DNA of 64,000 nt from Tubulanus polymorphus. Lineage: Eukaryota > Animalia > Nemertea. The position numbers and the translations under genes are program-made. Shown one piece after another: positions 1 to 12,493 of the stretch. Below the pieces are notes generated by a model. That model saw nothing but the letters and a program-made list of their open reading frames with translations. It had not been told where the DNA came from and did not search any database. The stretch's first letter is position 1; each line of letters opens with the position of its first letter. The stretch spans positions 2,956,778 through 3,020,777 of the forward strand of contig NC_134030.1 in assembly GCF_964204645.1 (NCBI RefSeq), written 5' to 3'.

Positions 1-1590
1 TGATCTTTAACTGAAGGTAGAGACCGGCAACCAGTCTAATTTTGCGCCTGATGATAACGCGGTGGTTTATAGGCGCGCAAGTCTCGAGACCTCGGTGAAA
101 CAGTTGCGCCAAAACTTTTACTCCACACTGTTTTATCAATGTCCGCTTCTATAATATAAACAATAGTAAATACATTTCTTCTTCAAACAGTGTTTTTGTT
201 GAACCTCTCTGTAATGCAAATATTATCTACGAAACTGTACTTTGTACCATTTTTGCGCACATGTCATTTTTGTGATGCAATTTTATTTTCACAATTCTAA
301 GGTGTGAAAAAGCAGGCTGTCGCGAAATCGATTTTCTCATGTCTGTTTCAGAAGGGAAGGCCGATTTGCCTACTTCTTTTTTTTTTACTAGAGCGATTTA
401 TGTTACATGATGTCAATCTCTGCGACACGGCAGTTCAATGTCATGAGATAATTATTAATATTCAACGTCGACGAACAAGTTCAAAAACGGGTTTTTAACA
501 ACTAGAAGAAATTCCAATAGAATACACCTCACCACACGTGAGACAAATAAAAATAACATATGTAACGTTTGAAGAAAAAATTAATGTTGTTTACGTGAAA
601 AATCACAGATTACTTAAACACACGTGTCGTGAGGAATGAGATATCGGTGTCAAGGTCGAGGAGACGCGTGTGTCAAATCACGTTAAAACCTGGAATTTAA
701 CATTCAAACACCAACTGCTGAATAAACCTGTAGAAAGGTCACATTTAGAGCACTCTTTTAAATCCGACCTTTTATTTTTCCTTACATGAATTTTGCTGCC
801 AGTTTTGGATAACAAATATACGACGAACGTTATCGACTTATTTTTAGGTTTATATTTGACAGTAATAAAACATAGCCTACTGTATAGACCAAAGGCCCAG
901 TTCCACAGGGTCGGTTTTGGCACTTAAACTAAGTTTCAAATGTCTTACTGTAGAGTCGAATCATCTTAACAAGAACTGTTTCCAGGAACGGAACATTGGA
1001 TGCACTTGTCTGCACGTCAGAGATTGTTGAGTGTAAGGGGTTAATTCGTTCAACAAGTTCGGGTTAATGCGGCAAATTGAGTGACCTGATTCCAACGCCA
1101 AATTAAGAATGACGTTTACGAAGTTTGGTTTACATAACGCTTATATAAATGCATTGGTTTTTTAATGTGATACATGTATTTTTCATTCGTGATAGTATAT
1201 ATAAGGCCTTGGAATTCTGCGCTGTTATATAAAATTCGTCCTCGACACTGGAAGTGAATAAAGACACCGCATTTTTGTTGTTGATAACTCAGGGGAAGGT
1301 ATTCCAGTATTCCTGTGCCAGCAACAGTCACGAAACAGACGCCGTTAAGGAATAGGGACGTTATCGATAAGGTACGTATTATGCTAATACATCTTTCTGA
1401 CTGCTTTCCTTTTATGGGCATGACCCAGATTTAGTTTCCTGAGAGTTACCATAGCAAATCTATAGCTGCATAAGTTCGTTAACGTATAAATTCATTCATC
1501 GTTGTTGGGTCTAGCTCAATTTGCTTATTTGTAAAATCTGATTAAGCAATTTAATGATTTAATGACGAAATTTCTTCCAAATTAGAGAAA

Positions 1591-2681
1591 ATGGAAACTG
1601 AAAAGAAAATGTATCGACACAAAGGAGGCCATGTAACAGCGATAGTGTTAACTGTTTTAATGTTTGCGGCAGTGTTGTTCTTCAACTATTTGTCATCTTC
1701 CACAATGGGACAAAAACTCGGTAAGCGTCAAGAATCGTAGATATCTCAAAATGATTATCTTTTTGCATAACTTTCTTTCTAACTGATTTTCTTTTAAATT
1801 CATTTCTAATTTCAGGCCTATACGTGAGCAGTACCGGGGATGTATCGGATCGGTTTTACCTAGAGATCACACCAGCCGGTTGGACTTTTACTATCTGGGC
1901 GTTTATCTACCTATGGCAAGGGACCTGGCTGTTGTACGGATTCGCTTCGATTTTCAGGAAACTACCAGACGGTTACATGTACCAAACTCCACCTGTCATC
2001 CAACTACCGACCTACATCGTTTACATGTTCAACCTTGGATTCAACATAGGCTGGGTGTTTCTATTTGATCGTGGATTGATCATACCCTCGCTCGTTTTTA
2101 TCGTACTGATTCCGCTGACGCTGATCGCCTGTCTGATCCTCGAGTACCGTCGTATCGGACACACTTATCAGACTCTGACAAGTCACGGTAAGCAAGCCGA
2201 CGTATGGCTGGTTCGAATACTTGTACACAACGGTTTGGCTTTCTACTGCGGTTGGGTGAGCGTCGCTTCATTTCTGAATGCGGCTATGGTACTTGTCCAC
2301 ATCCTAGAAGTTGCCAATGACGTAGCTTGCACTGTCGCATTGGCTCTTTTAGCCTTCTTCTTGGTTTTGTATTTTTGTTTGGACATGTTTTTACTGGACA
2401 GATTTACTCGATACCAATTCAGCAACTACATTCCCGTTATAATGGCGCTAGGGGGCAGCATCGCTAAGAATTACGAACGAGTCGGGCCGTCATCTAGGAA
2501 TCCGATTTTCACGGTCGTGTTGCTGGCTGTTGCGTTGACGTGTTTTGTCGTGAAGATGATAGTTTTGATTGTGCGACACGTCAGAGATCCACTCGCTAAT
2601 GGAGGCAGTGTATCTGATATAAATCCTATTGCTTTAGATGAAAAATCACCCGCTGAAACAAAACAAGGAATCGCGGCCTGA
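1591..2681 (+). CDS. Uncharacterised multi-pass membrane protein (about 331 aa), TspO/tryptophan-rich sensory protein-like family
   Basis: Exons 1591-1720 and 1816-2681 joined by a phase-1 GT..AG intron. METEKK...QKLG|LYVSSTGDVSDRFYLEITPAGWTFTIWAFIYLWQ; about 8 hydrophobic segments; GLAFYCGWVSVASFLN motif. The GTG start at 1824 in the ORF track is internal. Confidence 0.85.
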
Positions 2682-3576
2682 ACACGTGGAGCTATCGACC
2701 ACGCTAATACATCTGCTGTGGTGGCCATAAAACCGTTTCATCGTGTCTGGTGACTTATCCATTTTAAGAAAGGTTTCCCTTTTCAACCACCATTGAATTT
2801 GAATTGTATTGAAAGAATAGATTAACGGATAAATTACTCATTTTCTAACAAGGACATTTATTTCAAATTTACATCCTTATTTTTTACGCTTTCAATAGAT
2901 GGTGTTTCTACATTGAAAATCAGCGATTCAGATGAGAAATTGATCTGCAAATATTATTTATGAATACAATCTATAGAGGTATATTGTGTACTGAATGAAA
3001 AAACTACAATTATATAACTTATAAATGATATATCATTTCTGTGTAAATAGTGAGTGAATAAAGATTTTAACCATGGAACATACATTGACTTAATATCCAC
3101 ACTTGTGGGCCTACCAAAGGAACTCTTCGATGTACTATATCCAATGAATCCCCGTAATATTTGGAATAGAGCTTTCATTTATACCATTTCTGGAAATTCC
3201 AAGTGAACAGTCTTCATATTTCGTCAGTGCTGTGACTGGATCTTGTTTTTAGCTGTATATTATAAGGCATAGTTGATTTACCGTTATCAAGACCCACAAC
3301 CCTGTTGTTCTCTTACGCTATATGCCCAAGTACATTTATTAATTTATTGCTGACTTGAATATCTGATCAATTACTCTTGTTCATAACACTAGTTTCAAAT
3401 ATACATAGATACATAAAAAGATAAGCAATGTAATCTTGAAGTCAACTTATTACAATCTGAGACAGCTTTTTGCCATCTCACTTTAAACGCTATTTATTAA
3501 TCGCCAAATGAGCCGGACACAAATAGGCCTCGACAAGGCCTCTTAACTCCGCCCGTGATGAAGATGAATCGAACAT

Positions 3577-6500
3577 TTACGTGTTCGGGAACGAATTGGG
3601 TCTCGGGTATGATAGATTACTATGGCTGCCGTGATCCAGGGTGAGCTTCAGTCGTCTCCAGAAGTTTGTGATAGTACCGGGTCGAGATGAGGCCGGGTAA
3701 TCGAAGCGTATCGTGTGATGTATGATCGACTGTAAACAATCGGGCATTTCATCGACCGGGATATCCTCGATAACGACGATGATTATCATATTTTCATTCT
3801 CATCGATTTTCCTCGTTATCGCTTGATTCACTTCGAAGTTTGACCAGTTGCTGTCGACGAACGCTCGCGATACTATGAATATCACCCAACGACTGCCGTA
3901 TATCGCGTCGATCGAGTTCTGAGCCATGTAGCCGCCGACGGGAAAGTCACGAAATTCTAAACACAGTTTAAACTGAACGTCCGGGTCTTGCTCGAGTTGC
4001 GGGACCATTTGATGGGCGACGAATGCCGAATCGTCAAGAGCGTGGGACACGTAGGCGTCGTATAATTTCTTCTTTTTTTTCTTCTTCTTTCGTTTGCCGC
4101 GTTTGAAATGTCTCCAGAAGTTGATGTCCACGCGGTGTATGTAGGCGACGATTCCGGCAATTAAAATTAAAGCTACGATGAACGCGACGACAGAGTAAAT
4201 AATGATATACTTTCGATTGTCGCATTCGATCCAAGGCAACTCGAAATCCGTTACGGGGATGCCTTTCAAATTAACGGGATCGAAACACAACGGCCTCGGA
4301 ATGCCGTAATAGCTTTTTCCTTTTCCTCCAAACTTGAAAACAATTTTACCCGATCGATACCAGTTCCTGAGATCTCTTAATCTACAGTCGCACACCAACG
4401 GATTGTCAGCAAGCGTCAATGACCAAAATCCTCGTAACGCCTTGAACTGGTCTGGCGCCACGACTGTTAGAAGATTCGACGACAAGTCCACGGCCTTGAG
4501 AAATTGCAGCGGCGCAAATAGGTCACGCGGTATCGACGTGAGTTTATTCGCTCGTAATGATATATATTGTAAGATTGGCGTCACTCCGCGGAAAGTGTCC
4601 GATGCCAAATGTGTAATACCGTTATCCGGCAGATAGAGAACGTCGAGAAAGTTTTTATCTTTGAGCATTAGTTTAATCGGTGAACATTCCACAGGGATTA
4701 TCGTTCCTTGAACTCGTAGTTTCCTCAGAGTAAACGACGAAGCGAGTGCCAGTTGTTTGAAGAAATCGCAAGCTTTTCTTAAAGTTGTTCGTGAAAATCG
4801 TGACTTTTGTCGCTCCGATTGTAAAACTACCGATAAGGTCAGGAGATTCGGCGCAAACCAAATGGTGCCGAACGGAAACGTGGGCCACGGAGAGGATTGG
4901 AATAATGACAGGTATCTTAGAGAATGCATTTTACTAAGATCAAGCTTTGTATAAACACCACCGACTGTGTCGCACGACATTTCAAGTATGCGGATTCTCG
5001 TACGGGATATTTCTATTTTCAGCCAGTCCATACAACGAATACCGATACTCTCCGCTAGATTCAACTGATACAGTCTGGGGGAACGTGAGAGAAACTGACT
5101 CAAATCAAACTTTTTCAGGTCACTATTTTTTAACTTGAGCAGTCGCAGGTTTCTTAGGTGGTAAAACTGGTTCCGAGCGACACGAAGACTGCAATAACTC
5201 ATCTTCAAGGTGCGAAGGTTTCTGACGTAGGCAAAGGCATCTCGGTCAGCGTACAGGATCGCATTCGACGATAAGTCAAGATTAATCAGACCCGTAGATT
5301 CTTTGAAATACGCCAGTAAGCCTTTCTCAAGACGTGAAATAGCAATGATCATTCTCATGTGCAGAACACGGATATATTTCATCTTTCCCAGAGCTATGAA
5401 GAGGCGGACAACAGCCTGATAGTCAGGAGATAACCTCTGAACTTGTGACACGCATGCTCGTTTGTAATTAGACCAATAGATGGAGCTGATATCCAGATGA
5501 GTTAAGTATCGTACGGCCGTGAACGTATCCAAACCGATTGATGTGATACGATTACAATTCACGTATAGGAACCTCAAGTTTGGGAAGTATTGAAACATCC
5601 GTTTCGTTAGAAAGCTCAGTCGATTCTGAGATGCGTCCAGTTGGTAGAGATCGGACAATAGTCGATTCGTTTTGATGTCTTCGAGGAAGTTTTTGCTGAT
5701 ATCAACGTTTACCGCATCGCTCGGCATCGTAGTCACCGGCCAGTGTTTCAAACCTTTACCTCGACATAAAACACCGCTCTTTCCGATAAAATGCCTGAAA
5801 GAGAATTAAATTATCAGTTTGGAAGCGTAAAATAACAAAGAATAACGAAAGAACACTTAACACTTAGATAAAAAGAAGTGGCCCGTTAAGGAAAGGAAGG
5901 AGTTTTTTTTTAAATTTCTAAGTTCGTATTTTTAGGTGATTCGTTGGGACACGAAGAGTAGTAAAACAAATGCATTCTTACCCGGATGCAATTCGTCCAC
6001 AAAGACATCGATGTGGACATTGGCTGTTTTGATTAGAAGACGCGGTAAAGTTGACATGTTCTGCCATGAGATGAATATGCATTTCATCTTCATCATCTAG
6101 AAATTAGATTTTACCGAGAAAAAAAGAAAATGTTTTTTATTAGGAATAGAAATTGAAATTCTTGCAATACAAACAGGCTGAAAAATACGCGAGCAAATAA
6201 ACCATATGGAAAATCTGGATCAAATTTTGACCATACCGAAGAAATGAAGGCACTTTTTCGAAAAGGAAACATCGGAAGAATCGACCAGAATCAACCAAGA
6301 CTCAATCAAAAATATCAGATTTATTCTCCTTGAAAATTTACTTAGAAAATTTTGCCTGGCAAAACATACCAAACATTTTTGAAGTCGTTTTTAATTTGTT
6401 CTGCCTTTCTTCAAAAATGTTAATTTCATCTTAAGCTTGTGAGATATCCTCGATCCATCCTTGAAAAATGAACGTTCACGTAATTTTCATTCCTTTCTCT

Positions 6501-6714
6501 CAAGACTATCATAATTACCGTCTATCCGATGTGCAGCGTCAAACAGGTCGCGGTTCATCATCTTCCAGCCGTGGTCCGGTGGTGGACGGCGTGATGAGTC
6601 ATCGGTGAAGTTTGCGACGCGTACATTATCAACGAGAACGTCGTCTACTTCCATCGAAGTTACCGCTGATAAAAACCAGCCGACCAAAATCATTATCGCA
6701 GTTTTAGCGAACAT
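3577..6714 (-). CDS. Toll-like receptor, 842 aa (signal peptide, LRRNT, LRRs, single LRRCT, TM, TIR)
   Basis: Exons 6714-6519, 6096-5982, 5794-3577, phases consistent (1, 2). Signal MFAKTAIMILVGWFLSAVTS; LRRNT CPHRCLC...VLCRGKGL; LxxLxLxxN repeats; LRRCT NPLVCDCRL...C...C; TM YIIIYSVVAFIVALILIAGIVAYI; TIR box1 YDAYVSH, box2 LCLEFRDFPVG, box3 FWRRLK. Confidence 0.95.
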
Positions 6715-7111
6715 GATGAATTCGGAGTTACTAACTGCAGTTACAGCTAATGTTCAGTTACATCTAATATAGTGCATTTTAACTTCCCGATTGGCTTCAT
6801 CTATATTTCATTCTGAATCTATTGTGGTCTTTTTTATGTCTCAAATAATTCCTGGTTCCTAGTTCCAGATCACCTATGTCTATGTTTAGTTCTAGATTGA
6901 GCCTAACGCGCACGCCACAGGGAAACGCTCAGAGACATGACTTTCTGTGTCCTGTTTCAGCGTTTTTCTGCGCCCGTGTACATTGGGCTTGACCCATGCC
7001 TACGATAGCGTTATAGCGGGGTTCGTTTCGACCACCAGATATATTTTACACACCGCTTTTGTTTATGTCCTGTAAGTTTGTATTCTACGTTACTTCTGTT
7101 TTCTGGTCATT

Positions 7112-7168
7112 CCACCTGATGATGGCTGTTAGTCAACAGCCGAAACATTGTGGTTTCATTCTAATAAA
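7112..7168 (+). ncRNA. Minimal type-I hammerhead ribozyme motif, Penelope-like element 3' remnant
   Basis: CCAC-CTGATGA-T-GGCTGTT-AGTC-AACAGCC-GAAAC-ATT-GTGG: core CUGANGA/GAAA, perfect 7-bp stem II, stem I CCAC/GTGG, AATAAA at 7163. Confidence 0.6.
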
Positions 7169-7931
7169 TTATCTCATATAGAATTTGAATTGTGGAACTT
7201 CTTCAATTAATCTACAATATACACGGATTAGAGTGTTTCATTCGACGATATATTTTAGCATTTTTAGACCGGGCATCGTCGCGCTACAGAGTTCGGTTGC
7301 GTCTCGCAAAAGATCACTCGTTAAAATTAATTACAAAACTTCTTTTGGTTCGCGGGAGCAGCGGTGACAGGCAAACAGGCCATGGCAGGTGGGGATGAGT
7401 AAGGACTTCTTAGGGTTCCCTGGAATTTTCTGGCTTTTTTTCATCAGTCATAAAATGAATGCAATATCTGTATTACCGGGCATCGAATTGATCGAGAATT
7501 GTTAAATCATCCGGGTTCACCTCGTTCAATTCAACAAAGCCAAATGAGAAATAAATTCCTCTTTATTTTCAGTTATATTCCATATGTTAACTTTTGTCGA
7601 TACAACACATGAACATTTACAAACACATCCTTGTAATATACAAAATATAATCAACAAAATATAATGATAGAAAGAAAAGCGAAAATTTGTCAGCGCGGGC
7701 GATCTTTTTAAACCTGTGATAAAAGTGACAATAAAAATTGTCTTTTAGAATCCCTGAGTAGTTAGTTGACACGTGATGTGTCTTATTTCGTTAGGTCAAT
7801 CGTGGATACAATGCTGTTAATACGAGAAAAAAAAATACAACAAAACAAAGAATGAACGGACCACAATTGATTTCGATAAGTAACGAAACCGAGTCGAAAT
7901 TGAAAGCAACGTTGAATTTTCGGTTTATTTC

Positions 7932-10150
7932 TCAAAGACGAGTGTTTACAACGTCGGGTTCGTCATTATCAGCTATGAAACCATTGTTAATGTAGCCTGG
8001 CTGACTTTGCTTTTCGATCTCGTGAATGTCCTGAATTGCAATCATCGATTTCCGCCTCGAAGAATCGTAGATGGCATAATTGTAAATTTCCTCGGGTACT
8101 TTCGGCGGCAAGTACGACCGGGTACAGTAGTGCGTATCGGGGAACTGCGCGTGCCCGAAGTAGGTCATGAAATTATTGATGATCGTCGAAAAATTTAAAC
8201 CGACCAATAAAATTCCGACCATCATCGTAATCGCCCCGACCAGATATCCCCAGGAGCTAGTAGGATACATGTCGCCGTACCCGACCGTGGTCATCGTCAC
8301 CATAGCCCACCAAATCGAAGCCGGAATCTCGAGGAAGTTCAGTTTGTTGTCCATTTCGGCGTAATACATAAGACACCCACAACACGTGATGCCGATTATG
8401 AACAATAGGATCGTTAATCCTATTTCTCTCAAGCTTTTACGCAGCGAATACAAGACGACTTCTCCGGAGCGAATAAACCGCATTATGTGCATCAGCCGAA
8501 GCACTCGAAGCGATTCCAGAGCTCGTAGGGTGATCTTAAACTGTTCCCGTTTAGCGAAGGCCGGATTCGCCAGAAAACCGATGTAGAAAATGATCGGCCA
8601 GATAACCGCCAGTAGGTCTACTATGAAGTACGCGTTGGTGAAGAACATTTTCTTTTTGGGGCAGAACGTAAACCGAATGATGAACTCGACGATGAAGAAC
8701 AAATAACAGAACCAATCTACGTAAAGCAGTTGAATAGGGGGCACTGTGGTATCGCCTGGTTGACGTATACCGGGTATCAGATCCAGTGTACCGTTACTGT
8801 AACTCGAGATTGGAACCTGTACGGCGTGAACCGACTCCAGAATCAGCGACAAAACCGACAAAATAATCACTAGTTGCGAGATTATAGCGAAAATCTGAAA
8901 GAAATGAAAAATATCTAATTGAATTATCGTAATATTTCAGAGACCGAGAAACCGAATTTCAAGTACTTCACCGCACTTGTTGAGAGTCGGACGCACACGA
9001 CCTACCCAAAACCGAATTTGTAAAGCCCAACGCACACGACACGGAAAACAAGTTTTATCCTTGTTTCGTTTCGCAGTGTGCGGCGATCAGCTCATCGTTT
9101 GAAGGCATTTTTTTGAAAATGCATTTTCTGTGGTGACGAGGCAAAATAACGCATAACGAGCCGGTTTGTACGGAAGCCCCTAGGTGACATACGAGAAAAT
9201 TTTTTCACAATTTTGACTTATTAAGTCGAATTTCGACATAATAAGTCGAATTTCGACTTAATAAGTCGAATTTCGTTTTAATTAAGTCGAATTTCGTCTT
9301 ATTAAGTCGAATTTCGACTTAATAAGTCGAATTTCGACATAATAAGTCGAATTTCGTGTTTATTAAGTCGAATTTCGACTTATTATGTCGAAATTCGACT
9401 TAATAAGTCGAAACTATGAAAAAAATTATCTCATATGTCACCTTGGGGCTTCCGTAGGTTTGGGATTAAAAAATCGATATTTTTTGTTTTCTATTGCCGC
9501 GCGCTCACACGAACGGTATTTTGCTGTTAGAAAAGGAATTTTCGACTGCCATGTGCTTCCGACTTAATGGATGGATATAAAACACTTACCATCGCCCCAA
9601 CCGATGAATTAGGATTATCCAGAAACATCCAAACAGACTCGACACATCCGGTGCAATTTGTCTTGTTTTTGTCTCTCGTAAATTTCTGCAGCGATTTCTC
9701 AAACTCGAGCAGATTGTCACGTGTGTCGGAACTACCGTAGTAGTTCTCCCAACAGCACCGTTCAACATCTCGCTGGTCGATACCCCAGAATTTAAATTCA
9801 CGCTTCACCTGTGGACCACACATCGACCTCGGTGAATGCAACTCGCCCGTTCTGTAGTATTCGAGAATCGCTCCGAAAATTGTCGGATTTCGATCGAAGT
9901 AGAATTCATTTTTAGCCACGTGAAAGTATTTACCCTTTCCGTTCTTTAGATTAGCGAGTCGAGTATTGGGAATGCGTTTCAGCGTCGACGCGTACGTTTC
10001 GAATCGTTGACCTCCGACGTTGATTACAAATATTTGATCTTCGTCGCTCGTTGTTTTTTCGTTTTGATCTTCGTCAAATTTCGCCGCGGCGGCGACGACG
10101 ATTTTTTTCTCCGCGTCGATCTTAGCGATTTGATCGGCTGCCGAAGCCAT
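7932..10150 (-). CDS. Shaw/Kv3 (KCNC)-like voltage-gated K+ channel subunit, 507 aa, atypical S4 and S6
   Basis: Exons 10150-9590 and 8894-7932 (phase 0). T1 domain INVGGQRFETY...EFYFDRNP...YYRTGELH with the HX5C...CCW Zn motif typical of Kv3; pore WWAMVTMTTVGYGDMYP. Confidence 0.93.
9169..9456. mobile_element. TA-flanked MITE with about 35-bp TIRs and an internal array of about 10 quasi-palindromic 20-bp repeats
   Basis: TA|CGGAAGCCCCTAGGTGACATACGAGA...TCTCATATGTCACCTTGGGGCTTCCG|TA; interior (TTAATAAGTCGAATTTCGAC)n; lies in the Kv intron. Confidence 0.85.
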
Positions 10151-12448
10151 TTCAAAATAACAACAATACAAAACACGCGAAGGAAAATAATAGATCGAGT
10201 TCGCAATTTGCACACCTTGCAGCTGCGATCAGTTCTTTTGACAGTGCAATTTATAATAATAAGACATTTGACCAGCGACGTATGTTCAAATAAATACTCG
10301 CTGGTTCGGGTTGAGACATGTTTGTTTTCAATTCAACTCATTGCGTAGAATTGAAAAGACCACATAGCCTCGACCCGTGGAGGAGAACTTGTCGTAACGA
10401 ACCGAACTTTTGTACGCGTCCAATGCCTTAATAATGGCCACATTATTCCCGTTCTCACAGATCCGCTGTTTCGCAATGGGTTGTACTGCGTGACCGGACA
10501 TAATTTGAGGGTTTGTTCCGCATGAGCTAGCCATCGGTCCTAACCGTCGATTATTAACCGGACTTCGCGTGAGATTAATATATGTAATATATACTACCGT
10601 AAAATATCTCCCAATAGCTGCCTTTCATTCTCAGATACCAGTCTTCCGTATCTCGCGAAATAATCACATATAAACATAGAGAGCATGCTTGCGTAAGAGT
10701 ACACAGTGCCTCCATGAATATACATCGAAATATTTATGAATAATTAATATCATTTTACTTCAATATTGCATGATATGATTCGAGTCGTATTTCGAAGTTG
10801 GAATATAGTTATATAATTATATCTATATGTGTATTGCAATAAAAACTAAATTTTTCTATCTAAAAACTGAGAGAATTGATTATGAACAGTTAAGATGAAC
10901 AATAGAAAGAGTTCGACACCATGAGTGAACGAATAATATAGAAGATTTTGAACATTGATTTACAGTAAGCTAATGAACATTTCAGCATCCTTGTGTACGG
11001 TATAACCAGCAATGAATATTTTATATTGGAATGAATGAATGAATGAATTGACCAGTTAATCAATTAGTTTTCAATTCTAATGATATAATATATGAAATTA
11101 TATACATTGCGTGTTCCACGTAGATAATGTTGAATGTTATTGGGCAGGATTTTTCGAGTTTTAAGCTGTATAGCTACTAATGTAGCCAACAAAACGTTTG
11201 AATAATCATGGATGATTTTAACCCGTTATTTTTAAGATGGCGGAACTAAGCTATATTTGGATATATCATGATACATAAAATCAAATCATTATGTATGATA
11301 AATAGAAGCTGAATATAAGATGACATTTACTCATTTGTAATGAGACATATGTTTTTTATGTGAACTGACAACCTTTCTATTTCTCGAGGTGAATAAACCA
11401 TAACACGTGTGTCAATGATATTCCATATACACAAACGTCGCAACTAGAAAATGCCGTCTTGAGTAAAAGACTGTTTTTACACATAAACGAAATACGATGA
11501 AAAATGTATTTACAACAGATGATGAGCAAATTTGAAATAATATTCAACAGTGGTATAAAAAAAAAACGATCAGATAAACTGTGAAATGAATATGTAGAGG
11601 GAACAATAGTCCTTATTTCGAGGTGAAAGAACTATTGCCGTTTAGTTGCGCTCAATGGGTTGATGGATGAAACGCCTTTTCGGGCCATCAACAGGTGGGA
11701 TCAATATCCCAAACGATGTGATTGATGTGAATTGCTTTGATGCTTGTTTTGCGTCCCTTACAAACTCACCACATCTGCCGAGAACGAAAAAGAGTGTTAG
11801 ATTTTGGAATCAAAAGTTGAGTTGGATGGCTACATGATTTGGAAAGTTCCGTTATGGTTCATGGACTCTATATACACTCGTTTTAGCTTATCGGTCATTC
11901 AGCCCGCTCATTAGTGTAGTACGAGCCCCAGACTCGATAATTCTTTCCCCTATCGAGTGAGACTTCAGACATTACACATCTCATAATAAGTTATTCAGAA
12001 ACATATCAATATGTTGTGTTCAGTTCTTTGTTATGCCTCATATGTGATTAACTTGGTCATGGAAATTATGGCTTAACACTTCTGATAAATTATGCGATTG
12101 GGGTTTGACAGAACTTACGATACGTGGCAGGTTAGGACTTGCGCCCTCAAATCGCCGCCACATATAGACAGAAACAATCGCTGGTGATAAGTTGTGATAA
12201 AAATGTTCATTGAACTTTGAAATACGAATGATTACTATAAATACCAAAACCATTGAAAACATCCTCGCAGCTTTTCGTCTCAATGACTCGTCAGCATTTA
12301 TAATTACGAGTCCTTTTGATATGATATCATGTGTCATAAAACATGTGTTAATCTGGTTATTGTTTAGTTCGATAAGAACAATACGTATTTAATCGGTAAA
12401 TGCGTCTGAAACTGAAAACCGTGAACAAGCTGCTATCAGAGCCTAACT

Positions 12449-12483
12449 TATATAAATCTAACACTGCCTCCGGTTTTATCAGT
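12449..12483 (+). promoter_or_regulatory. TATA box and initiator of the CAP gene
   Basis: TATATAAA at 12449, TCAGT Inr at 12479 (30 nt downstream), ATG at 12494. Confidence 0.6.
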
Positions 12484-12493
12484 ACCCGCCAAT

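Noticed and set aside
3935-3960. TIR BB-loop Pro replaced by Val (RDFPVG) as a signalling defect
   Set aside because: Val at this position is common in protostome Tolls (Drosophila Toll RDWLVG).
9209-9412. Palindromic short repeats resembling a CRISPR array
   Set aside because: No unique spacers, no cas genes, enclosed by TIRs in a eukaryotic intron.
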